Assembly: GCA_036269115.1 (NCBI GenBank)
Contig: DATAST010000091.1
Location: 24,889-88,888, forward strand
DNA from: Verrucomicrobiia bacterium
GTDB taxonomy: Bacteria; Verrucomicrobiota; Verrucomicrobiia; Limisphaerales; UBA11358
Length of the DNA stretch: 64,000 bases
Reading direction: 5' to 3'
In this document: positions 7,355-15,354 of the stretch, in pieces
Layout: each line of letters opens with the position of its first letter
Numbering within the stretch: the first letter of the stretch is position 1
Program-made: the position numbers and the translations under genes
The notes under the pieces: model-generated
What the model was told of the DNA's origin: nothing
The model's input: only the letters and a program-made list of their open reading frames with translations
The model's database searches: none

Positions 7355-8857
7355 GTGACAGTCGCCACAAAAAACCTGGAAGATCGACGTAGGATCTGTC
7401 GGCCCGATGAGGTTCGGAAACACGAACTCGGCCAGTTTCTGACGCCGAGTCCTGTGGCGAATTTCATGGCGTCGCTGTTTGAGTCGCGCTGGCAGGAGTG
7501 GGATTTGCTCGACGCCGGGGCCGGAAGCGGGGCATTGTCGGCAGCGTTGGTGAGGCGGCTGTGCGCCTCACCCCACAAACCCAAAAGAATTTCGATTACA
7601 GCCTGCGAACTGGATGGCGCAATACTTGGATCGCTTCGCAGTGCGCTTGTTGAGTGCGGGCACGCATGCGAGGGCGCGGGTATCCGCTTCTCCGCGACAG
7701 TGCTCCACGAGGATTTCGTCGCTTTCGCTGCGCCCCTGGTGCGCGGCGACTTGTTTACTTCGCACCAGCCGCGTTTCAACGCCGCTATTGTCAACCCGCC
7801 TTACCGGAAGGTTAGGACTGAATCCTCCACGCGGCTGTTGCTTCGGTCAGCTGGCATCGAGACTAGCAACCTCTACACCGGGTTTGTAGCGCTCATCACA
7901 AAGTTGCTTGCGGAGCGCGGAGAATTGGTGGCCATCACGCCACGAAGTTTTTGCAATGGGCCATATTTCAAACCGTTCAGGACAGATTTCCTCCAAGCCA
8001 TGTCGCTACGGAAGCTGCACGTTTTTGAATCACGCTCCGCAGCGTTCAGCCGCGATGAGATTCTCCAGGAAAACATCATCTTCCGCGCTGTCAAAGATTC
8101 AGCGAATTCGGAGAGCATCGTCATTTCCAGCAGCAGCGGCGCTCCTGGCGATGTTATTTCGGAACGAAAAGTGGCTTACAGTGACGTGGTTTCCCCAGAC
8201 GACCCGGAGCAATTCATCCACTTGGCCAAGGACGAAGCGCACGACAATGCAAGATCAATCATGTCTCGGTTATCAGCGACCCTGCCGGACTTAGGTGCGT
8301 CTGTTTCCACCGGTCGCGTAGTGGATTTTCGGGCAAAGGAATTTTTGCGACAGCAGCCCGAACACAACACTGCGCCATTGATTTACCCATGCCACTTCAA
8401 CTGCGGCTTCGTGCATTGGCCGAAAGAGAAGGCGCGGAAGCCGAACGCCATCGTCAGCAACGAACAAACACGGGAGTTGCTCGTGCCGGCAGGCGTGTAT
8501 GTCCTGGTGAAGCGATTCACAACGAAGGAAGAACGAAAACGCATCGTGGCATGCATCTACGACTCGAGCCAGATTCACTCGGCGCTTGTTGGCTTCGAGA
8601 ACCACCTGAATTATTTCCACATCAACGGTCATGGTCTGCCGATCGCTCTGGCAAAGGGCCTGGCTGCATTCCTAAATTCGACAATCGTGGATGTCTATTT
8701 TCGGCGGTTCAACGGCCACACCCAGGTGAACGCGACCGACCTGCGAAGCCTGAACTATCCAACGAAAGCAGAGCTTGAAAGTTTGGGCCGCGGGATTACC
8801 GACCCGGGCTTGCCGCAAGCAGAACTCGACGCTTTGGTAGCGGGCGAACTTTTCTGA
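7355..8857 (+). CDS. N6-adenine DNA methyltransferase (motif I before NPPY; Eco57I / BsuBI-PstI M-like)
   Basis: GQFLTPSPVANFM, AdoMet motif LLDAGAGSGALS, catalytic AIVNPPYRKV. Start is uncertain: track GTG 7214 would overlap the divergent RAYT by more than 100 nt, and in-frame TTG 7316/7343 or GTG 7355 are alternatives. The stop overlaps the R-gene ATG (TGATG). Confidence 0.85.
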   Translation: MTVATKNLEDRRRICRPDEVRKHELGQFLTPSPVANFMASLFESRWQEWDLLDAGAGSGALSAALVRRLCASPHKPKRISITACELDGAILGSLRSALVECGHACEGAGIRFSATVLHEDFVAFAAPLVRGDLFTSHQPRFNAAIVNPPYRKVRTESSTRLLLRSAGIETSNLYTGFVALITKLLAERGELVAITPRSFCNGPYFKPFRTDFLQAMSLRKLHVFESRSAAFSRDEILQENIIFRAVKDSANSESIVISSSSGAPGDVISERKVAYSDVVSPDDPEQFIHLAKDEAHDNARSIMSRLSATLPDLGASVSTGRVVDFRAKEFLRQQPEHNTAPLIYPCHFNCGFVHWPKEKARKPNAIVSNEQTRELLVPAGVYVLVKRFTTKEERKRIVACIYDSSQIHSALVGFENHLNYFHINGHGLPIALAKGLAAFLNSTIVDVYFRRFNGHTQVNATDLRSLNYPTKAELESLGRGITDPGLPQAELDALVAGELF

Positions 8858-9879
8858 TGGCAAAGTCGAAACAACCGGGCCTGGCAAAAGCGCGCGCGGC
8901 GAAGCTTCGCGATGCGATGACAATTCTGGAGGCACTCGGCTTCGCCGCGCGGCAAAGCAACGAAGTGGCTGCCTACAGCTTTCTCGCCCTGATTGACCTC
9001 AAGCCGTTTCAGCTGTGGAATGAAGCTGCCGAACCGTTGCGGGGCATCACGCCCATCATTGATTTCGTGGCCGAAGCGTATGGCGTTCGCTACGCGCCGA
9101 ACACCCGTGAAACGATTCGCGATGAGGCAGTGAAGTATTTCGTCGAGGCCGGAATGCTGATTCGGAACCCGGATGCCCCAAACCGCCCAACGAATAGCGG
9201 GAAGACAGTCTATCAAATCGAGCCAACGGCGCTCGAATTGTTTCGCTCGTTCGGCGGTTTGGAATGGAGCGGAAAACTGAAATCGTATTTGGTTGAGCGC
9301 GGGCGCATCCGCAATGAGTTGCTTCGCGAAAGAAAGCTATCAAGAATTCCGGTCAGGCTCCCGTCGGGCGCAACTGTGACTATATCGCCAGGTGGGCAGA
9401 ATCCGCTTATGAAGACCGTGATTGAGGAATTCTGCCCTCGTTTCGCGCCCGGTGGCACGGTCGTTTATATCGGTGACGCGGAGGACAAGTTTCTGCATTT
9501 GGACGCGGATTATCTGTGGCGGCTCGGCGTCGAAATTCCGGCGCCAGCCAAAATGCCCGACGTGATCGTCCATGACACGAAACGGAACTGGCTTTTGCTC
9601 ATTGAAGCCGTAACCAGTGCCGGGCCGGTTGACGGCAAACGGCGGAAAGAGTTGGCGCAGTTATTTGCGGGATGCAAAGCGGGTCTGGTTTTCGTCACGG
9701 CGTTTTCAACTCGCGACGCGATGCGGACCTTTCTGACGCAGATTTCCTGGGAGACGGAAGTGTGGGTCGCGGAAGACCCGGAGCACATGATTCATTTCAA
9801 TGGCGAAAGGTTTCTCGGCCCTTACCCTGATGTGATGCCGAAAGTCACAAAGACTACAAAGAGCTTCCCGCGAAGATGA
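8857..9879 (+). CDS. BsuBI/PstI-family type II restriction endonuclease
   Basis: 340 aa. N-terminal ILEALGFAARQSNEVAAYSFLALIDLKP and C-terminal MPDVIVHDTKRNWLLLIEAVTSAGPVDGKRRKEL..FVTAF..WETEVWVAEDPEHMIHFNGERFLGPY match my memory of the BsuBI/PstI REase N- and C-terminal domains. Translationally coupled to the upstream methyltransferase. Confidence 0.75.
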   Translation: MAKSKQPGLAKARAAKLRDAMTILEALGFAARQSNEVAAYSFLALIDLKPFQLWNEAAEPLRGITPIIDFVAEAYGVRYAPNTRETIRDEAVKYFVEAGMLIRNPDAPNRPTNSGKTVYQIEPTALELFRSFGGLEWSGKLKSYLVERGRIRNELLRERKLSRIPVRLPSGATVTISPGGQNPLMKTVIEEFCPRFAPGGTVVYIGDAEDKFLHLDADYLWRLGVEIPAPAKMPDVIVHDTKRNWLLLIEAVTSAGPVDGKRRKELAQLFAGCKAGLVFVTAFSTRDAMRTFLTQISWETEVWVAEDPEHMIHFNGERFLGPYPDVMPKVTKTTKSFPRR

Positions 9880-9887
9880 ACAATTTC

Positions 9888-9936
9888 CAGCCGAGGTACG
9901 AGGCTCTAAACGAGTGCCCTGAATGGCATAACCCTT
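9888..9936 (-). repeat. partial copy of repeat family C (tail segment)
   Basis: CAGCCGAGGTACGAGGCTCTAAACGAGTGCCCTGAATGGCATAACCC aligns with the 50275-50320 end of the family C copy (CAGCCGAGGTATGAGGCTCTAACTGAAAGCCCTGATAAGGGC). Confidence 0.6.
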
Positions 9937-10051
9937 CGCGTTCATCGCGGCCTTCGCGCGAAACATTTTCGTCCCGTCGGCGCCCGAATTTGGGGCTCCA
10001 GAATCTGCGAAAATCTGCGTAATCTGCGGATAGAACTTTTGGTTCAAAAAA

Positions 10052-10092
10052 GTTCTAAAAAGTGTCAAAAGGTGGCAAATAAACCCGTTGAA
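10052..10092 (+). repeat. 41-nt block identical to 59924-59964 (head of the two-copy noncoding module)
   Basis: GTTCTAAAAAGTGTCAAAAGGTGGCAAATAAACCCGTTGAA is identical at both sites, same orientation. In this copy its first bases also form a 10-bp perfect inverted repeat with 10031-10040 (TAGAACTTTT / AAAAGTTCTA). Confidence 0.9.
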
Positions 10093-10429
10093 TCCACCGT
10101 CGCTAAAGCTATTCTATACGTTGGGGTGTCGAAGTGTTAAAGCCGTGAATCGATTTGCGGATTATCCATCGCTTGAAAGCTATGGGGGACAGGCATGCCC
10201 GGTTCTTTGTGCTTATGATATTGAGAATGAAGAAAACTGCCAAAACAACCAGAGACGTTAGGCCCAGACTGTGCCGCGAGACGATACTTGTCTGCCCGCC
10301 CGTCCTGTCCGCCATAGTCGCAGCGGCGACGGCGGAAGTCTTGGCCAAGTTGGGTCATCCTTTTCCTCATCGTCATCGTCAATTTGCTCTTATGTCTTGC
10401 CGCGCCGTTTGCCCGTTTCAACCCAGGAA

Positions 10430-10600
10430 GGGTTTCTATAATTTTTCTTCCCAGGTTTTCCCCCATTTCGAACTGTCCCACCTTCAATCGAATGGGACAG
10501 TTGCTGGTCCGTCGCAAGAATTTAAAAAACAACAAGTTGCGCAAAAATGGAGTATTCGAAACACAAAAAAAATTCCCGATTGATGGTGGGACAGTTGCCC
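10430..10600 (+). other. conserved noncoding module, copy 1 (candidate structured RNA or protein-binding region)
   Basis: Aligns with 60078-60246. Shared blocks are GGGTTTCTATAAT, TTTTCTTCC, CCATTTCGAACTGTC, GGGACAGTT, TCGCAAG, AAAAACAA, GTTGCGCAAAA, ACAAAAAAATTCCC and GGGACA. A 10-bp stem (10471-10480 / 10493-10502) with a 12-nt loop is conserved in both copies. Confidence 0.6.
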
Positions 10601-10974
10601 TGGTCATTGCTTGACAAACTATAAGATTCAGTTGCCCTCATTGTCATCGTGATTGTACCATGCAATACAGATTTTCACCGCGGATCAGATTCGCGGTGGC
10701 AGCCATCCGCGATCTTTTGGGTAAAAAATTCGGACCATTTTTGAGGATGACGATGACGATGAGAATGAGAATGAGCCCTTACACCCGGTTGGGTTTGCTC
10801 TCCCGAGGTTTTGGCGTGTTGTCGTGGGACTGAGTTGGAGGTGAGATCAAATGGGCGTGGCGACGAGCCGTCGCCACCCCCGCTGCGCAATTGCTGCTCG
10901 TTTCGGTTTCCACGTCGCGCAGATTTTGCGCACTTGCAGTTCCAATTTCCAAGGAAAACGCAATTTTCCACCGT

Positions 10975-10990
10975 TGGTATGTGAATTGCA
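10975..10990 (+). promoter_or_regulatory. candidate sigma54 (-24/-12) promoter upstream of the T2SS-like operon
   Basis: TGGTATGTGAATTGCA vs consensus TGGCAC-N5-TTGCA: GG and GC have the exact 10-nt spacing and the -12 TTGCA is perfect. It lies 77 nt upstream of ATG 11067. A GAFTGA-containing sigma54 activator is encoded at the end of the cluster. Confidence 0.5.
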
Positions 10991-11066
10991 GGGGAGCGGT
11001 TTTGAACAATAACCGGTCTCACGCGAGTGAGCCGAAAACATCAACCATAACCGATAGGACAGCTCG

Positions 11067-11639
11067 ATGAAAATGAAACACATATTCGCGGTATGCGGAA
11101 TGGCTCTGGCGCTCATTTGTGGCGCGGGCGCCGCTTCCGCACAGGACAACAACGGCGGCGGCGGCGGTGGTTTCCGGCGCGGTGGCGGCAATTTTAATCC
11201 CGAGGAAATGCGGGCGCATTACATGGACTTTATCCGTAACTATATCGGTTTCACCAATGACGCCGATTGGAGCGCGGTCCAGCCGCTGGTGCAAAAAGTT
11301 TTGGACGCCCAGCGCGACATGGGTTCGGCCATGGGCAACGGTTTCAGAATGTTTATTGAGCAGCAGCGCGGCGACCGTGGCGGTGACCAAAACGGCAGCA
11401 ATCGTCGTTCCCGCGGCGGTGGAATGTTTGGCGCGCAGCCTGGCCCTGAATACACGGCGTTGCAGGACGCGATCAATAACAATGCCCCAGCCGCTCAAGT
11501 GAAGGAATTACTGACGCGCTACAATGCCGCCCAAAAAGCCAAGCAAGACAAATTGAAATCGGCCCAGGACGGCCTGCGCGCAGTGTTGGAGCCCGGTACC
11601 CAGGAAGCAAAAGCGACATTGCTTGGATTAATTAATTGA
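11067..11639 (+). CDS. secreted Gly-rich helical protein of unknown function (first gene of T2SS-like operon)
   Basis: 190 aa. AGGA sits 8 nt upstream of the ATG. Signal peptide MKMKHIFAVCGMALALICGAGAASAQ, then NNGGGGGGFRRGGGNF and RGDRGGDQNGSNRRSRGGGMFG low-complexity stretches flanking helical segments. The stop lies 4 nt before the gspE ORF. Confidence 0.7.
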   Translation: MKMKHIFAVCGMALALICGAGAASAQDNNGGGGGGFRRGGGNFNPEEMRAHYMDFIRNYIGFTNDADWSAVQPLVQKVLDAQRDMGSAMGNGFRMFIEQQRGDRGGDQNGSNRRSRGGGMFGAQPGPEYTALQDAINNNAPAAQVKELLTRYNAAQKAKQDKLKSAQDGLRAVLEPGTQEAKATLLGLIN

Positions 11640-11643
11640 TCAG

Positions 11644-13410
11644 GTGTTATCAACATATGAGCAGGTTATGAGTGAGACCGCGATCAAAGAGTCTTCGGCG
11701 AAGGGGTTGCTCGAGCGCATGGTCGCCAACCGGCAGCTTTCGGCGATTGATGCGGAGATATTAGCCAAAGAAAAGTCGGCTGTTCAAAGCGAGGAAGACG
11801 TTTTGCGCTGGCTCGCCAAGGAATATGGACTGGCCTTTACCACGCTTGATGACGTGGACCCGGATCGGCAGTTGCTCTCGCTCTTTCCCGCGCGGTTATT
11901 GTTGAAGGAAGAGTTGCTTCCCTTAAAGCGGGACAATGGAACCGTGGAAGTGGCCACGAGCCGCCTCTTTGCGACTCAGGGCCTGGACGCACTTAAGACA
12001 ATGACCGGCTTGCATCTCAAGCCGGTCATTGCCTCCACGGAAGCTATCCAACGCGAAATCAAGAAGCGGCTCGGCGTCGGCGCCGATACCATCGGTACCC
12101 TTGACGAAGAAAAAGGATTCCAGGTCGTCGATGAAAACGCCGAGGACACGGACCTGGACGGAGCCGAAGAGGACGAGGCTTCGATCATCCGGTTCGTCAA
12201 CCAGGTGCTCAAGGACGCCATCGAGTTGCGCGCATCCGACATTCATCTGGAGCCCTTCGAGGATGAATTCCGGATTCGTTACCGCATTGACGGTGTTTTG
12301 CAGGATGTTCCGGTGCCGGCGCAGTTGAAACGCTTTCAACCGGCGATCGTCTCGCGCATTAAGATTCTGAGCCATTTGAACATTGCAGAAAAGCGCTTGC
12401 CGCAGGACGGGCGCATCAGGGTCCGCATTGAAGATGCCGAGGTGGATATCCGTGTTTCAATCATTCCCATGCTGCATGGCGAGGCGGTGGTCATGCGTTT
12501 GCTGCGTCAAAATTCCACGTTGCGCGGCATGGGCGAACTCGACATGGCCCGGCGTGAATTGGATTGTTTCGATCGCGTGTTGGAATTGCCTCACGGCATC
12601 ATCCTGGTTACCGGGCCGACCGGCAGCGGCAAGACTTCGACGCTTTACACCGCCTTGAACGAGATCAACGATTCGGAACGCAAAATTATCACGATCGAAG
12701 ACCCGGTTGAATACCAACTCAAAGGCGTCAATCAAATCCAGGTTAATGAAAAGTCGGGCCTCACATTTGCGCGCGGTTTGCGGTCCATTTTGCGCCATGA
12801 CCCGGATGTCATTCTCATCGGCGAAATTCGTGACCAGGAAACGGCGCAAATTGCCGTGCAAGCTTCGTTGACCGGTCACCTGGTTTTTTCCACGCTGCAC
12901 ACCAACGACGCGCCCGGCGCGGTGACGCGGTTGGTCGACATGGGAGTCGAGCCGTACCTGGTGGCGTCCTCTCTCGAAGCTGTGCTCGCGCAACGTCTCG
13001 TGCGCGTTCTTTGCAAACATTGCCGGCAGCCGGACGATTCGCCCACGGCACAGGCCCTCAAGGTGCAATTGGATATCCCCGCCAACACGACGATCTACAA
13101 GTCCGTTGGTTGTCGCGAATGTCGCAACACGGGTTTCTTCGGCCGGCACGCGATTTTTGAATGGATGGATACGGACAATGAAATCCGGCAGCTGATTTTA
13201 AAGAACGCCTCGACGGACCAGGTCCGTGACGCGGCCCGTCGGCAGGGAATGACAACGCTCGCCGAAGACGGCTGGCGCCTCGTGCGCCTTGGAATCACCA
13301 CGGTCGAAGAAGTCCTGAGCGTGACCACCGCCAAGGAAGTCGCCCGCACAACCAAGAACGAAACCCTGGATGCAACGGCGGGGCCGCAAGGAATCGCGCT
13401 GGCAAGGTGA
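11644..13410 (+). CDS. gspE: type II secretion / type IV pilus assembly ATPase GspE/PilB
   Basis: 588 aa. N-terminal T2SSE_N-like region, Walker A GPTGSGKTST, and tetracysteine motif CKHC..CRECRNTG typical of GspE/PilB. Track start 11644 is GTG; an ATG alternative lies at 11668. Confidence 0.95.
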   Translation: MLSTYEQVMSETAIKESSAKGLLERMVANRQLSAIDAEILAKEKSAVQSEEDVLRWLAKEYGLAFTTLDDVDPDRQLLSLFPARLLLKEELLPLKRDNGTVEVATSRLFATQGLDALKTMTGLHLKPVIASTEAIQREIKKRLGVGADTIGTLDEEKGFQVVDENAEDTDLDGAEEDEASIIRFVNQVLKDAIELRASDIHLEPFEDEFRIRYRIDGVLQDVPVPAQLKRFQPAIVSRIKILSHLNIAEKRLPQDGRIRVRIEDAEVDIRVSIIPMLHGEAVVMRLLRQNSTLRGMGELDMARRELDCFDRVLELPHGIILVTGPTGSGKTSTLYTALNEINDSERKIITIEDPVEYQLKGVNQIQVNEKSGLTFARGLRSILRHDPDVILIGEIRDQETAQIAVQASLTGHLVFSTLHTNDAPGAVTRLVDMGVEPYLVASSLEAVLAQRLVRVLCKHCRQPDDSPTAQALKVQLDIPANTTIYKSVGCRECRNTGFFGRHAIFEWMDTDNEIRQLILKNASTDQVRDAARRQGMTTLAEDGWRLVRLGITTVEEVLSVTTAKEVARTTKNETLDATAGPQGIALAR

Positions 13411-13437
13411 TATGAGATCTCTCCACGAGCGGCACTT

Positions 13438-13510
13438 CCGTAGCGCAGGTTTCCAAACCTGCTGTATCGCCGATTTCCAAATCGGCGTGCCGTTCGAACG
13501 CCGGTGCCGG
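13438..13510 (+). repeat. repeat family E (tandem perfect hairpins)
   Basis: GCAGGTTTCCAAACCTGC and CGCCGATTTCCAAATCGGCG palindromes in tandem. Related copies lie at 46298-46371 and 50061-50150. Confidence 0.85.
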
Positions 13511-13573
13511 TCAGGATTTTCAAGTTCATGGTCCCTCCTCGTGAACCGGATCGAATATCCGCATCAAAACGAC

Positions 13574-13728
13574 TCTCCCTCACCCCGGCCCTCTCCCGTC
13601 CACCCTCCGCAGTATCACCAGTCCGCGGTTCTCCGTAGTGCGGGGTATTATGTGCTCGTCCGAAAGCAATGTAATGCGCAATGCTACGGAGGACGGGCAA
13701 GGAGAGGGGGAATAGTCGTCCGACGGTT
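13574..13728 (-). repeat. repeat family F, expanded copy with a nested insertion in its loop
   Basis: The arms CTCTCCCTCACCCCGGCCCTCTCCC and GGCAAGGAGAGGGGGAA are the reverse complement of the GGGAGAGGGCAGGGGTGAGGGAGAG / TTCCCCCTCTCCTTGC family. They are separated by about 90 nt that carries its own CTCCGTAG..CTACGGAG stem. Confidence 0.7.
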
Positions 13729-13800
13729 GGAAACCACGGTCGATTACATCGGTTCGGGAGTACGCGGCGCAAATCACAAATCGCCAATCCAAAATAGATA

Positions 13801-15048
13801 ATGCCTACGTTTTCCTACAGAGCTTTACAGACAAACGGCGCGATCGCCGAAGGGGTGCTTGATGCTCCGGGCCGTCCGGATGCTTTGCGGCAGATCGAGA
13901 CGCTGGGATTGCGCCCGGTGCATGTATCGGAAAAAGCCGGCGCGACCGCCAAAAACGGCGCGGCTTCGGCGGGAAATTTTTCCCTCAACTCGTTCAAGTT
14001 CGAATCCAGAAAAGTTTCCGCGAAGGCACTGGAAAATTTTACGCGTTTGTTGTCGAGCCTTCTGGCGGCGGGCGTGCCGCTAAGCCGCGCGCTCGTGATT
14101 TTGTGCAAGGAAGCGAGTGCCCCAGTGGTCGCGGCGAAATGGAGGGAGATTCATGACTATGTCGTCGACGGCATGTCGTTGGCCAATGCCATGGCAAAAT
14201 CGCCGGAGACTTTCCCTCGCGTGTATGTCGCGATGGTGGAGGCGGGTGAGGCCGGTGGATTTCTGGATGTGGTGCTGGCGCAAATCGCGGATTTTCAATC
14301 GCGCCAAAAAGAATTGAAATCCAAGGTGGTCACGGCGATGACTTATCCCTGCATTTTGTTTATTGTTTCGACGATCATCCTTACGGCCTTGCTGGTATTT
14401 TTCGTTCCCAAACTGCAACAGGTATTTAAAACACTCCATGGTTCATTGCCTTTGATCACTCAAATCATCATCAACACGAGCGACGCATTGCGCTCTTACG
14501 GGCTATTCATTCTCGTTGGCGCGGCCATTCTTGCGATCGCCGCGAGCACATGGTTTCGTTCGGAAAAAGGAAAGCGCATCTGGGAAGGATTTATTTTGCG
14601 CGTGCCCCTGGTCGGCCCGCTGCTGGCGCAATTCGCCATGGCGCGCTTTTGCCGGATGCTTGGCACGCTGTTGGGCGCGGGCGTGCCACTGGTGCAAAGC
14701 CTCAATGTCGCCCGCCGCTCCATCGGCAATCAAATCCTCGTGGATGCTGTGGGACAATCAATTGAGCGCGTGCAGCAGGGCGGACGCCTCGGCCAAAGCC
14801 TTGCCGACTGTAAAATCCTTTTCACCGGGTCGGTGCTGGAAATGATCTCGGTGGCTGAGGAAAGCGGCCGGCTGGATTCTGAGTTAATAAGAGTTTCCAC
14901 CGTGACCGAAGGCGACCTGGACCGGGGCTTGAAAACGGCGGTTTCCGTCGCCGAACCTATGTTGCTCTTTTTCATCGCCGTTTTCATCGGCCTCATTTTC
15001 ATCGGCATGCTATTGCCTGTGCTGTCCATGAGCCAATATGTCCACTAA
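13801..15048 (+). CDS. gspF: type II secretion platform protein GspF/PilC
   Basis: 415 aa. Duplicated T2SSF-type domains (AGVPLSRALVIL.. and AGVPLVQSLNVARRSIGN..) and three hydrophobic segments in the usual positions. Confidence 0.95.
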   Translation: MPTFSYRALQTNGAIAEGVLDAPGRPDALRQIETLGLRPVHVSEKAGATAKNGAASAGNFSLNSFKFESRKVSAKALENFTRLLSSLLAAGVPLSRALVILCKEASAPVVAAKWREIHDYVVDGMSLANAMAKSPETFPRVYVAMVEAGEAGGFLDVVLAQIADFQSRQKELKSKVVTAMTYPCILFIVSTIILTALLVFFVPKLQQVFKTLHGSLPLITQIIINTSDALRSYGLFILVGAAILAIAASTWFRSEKGKRIWEGFILRVPLVGPLLAQFAMARFCRMLGTLLGAGVPLVQSLNVARRSIGNQILVDAVGQSIERVQQGGRLGQSLADCKILFTGSVLEMISVAEESGRLDSELIRVSTVTEGDLDRGLKTAVSVAEPMLLFFIAVFIGLIFIGMLLPVLSMSQYVH

Positions 15049-15167
15049 AACACTTTCAAAATGACAATTTATAAAATCAAAACGACAACTAACATGAACC
15101 TACCAACCCATCCTCGTGCGTCCCGTGAAACAGCGTCGTCGAACGAGACAAAAACACAGAAGATGCC

Positions 15168-15302
15168 GCAGTTCAAATTCGCGCTGTCGCGCGGCTTATC
15201 ATTCAGCGGCTTATTTTCGGGTGCTGTTACCCAGGGCGTCGCGCTCGCGGACTCGCGCTTTGCCCTGGGCTATTATCGTCCGCCCTTTCAGGGCTTTCAG
15301 TT
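15168..15302 (+). repeat. repeat family C copy (135 bp)
   Basis: Aligns along its whole length with the reverse complement of 50295-50430 (shared CGCGCTNTCGCGCGGCT, CAGCGGCTTAT, TTACCCNGGGCG, GACTCGCGCT, GCCCNGGGCT, CAGGGCTTTCAGTT). It lies between gspF and the gspG prepilin motif, and the frame stays open across it. Confidence 0.85.
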
Positions 15303-15354
15303 TGCTGCTTCGCAGACAAGTGGGAATACGACAGGGTTGCACGCCTGTACGACG

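Noticed and set aside
10384-10614. ORFs spanning the conserved module (10384-10614 and 59995-60453) as a conserved small protein
   Set aside because: The two copies differ by a 1-nt indel between conserved anchors (54 vs 53 nt), so the shared reading frame breaks. In the copy-1 frame, copy 2 hits a TGA. The conservation is at nucleotide/structure level.
13095-13801. ORFs 13095-13787 (-) and 13370-13801 (+) in the gspE-gspF spacer
   Set aside because: They consist of read-through of repeat families E and F and overlap the gspE 3' end. No independent coding signal.
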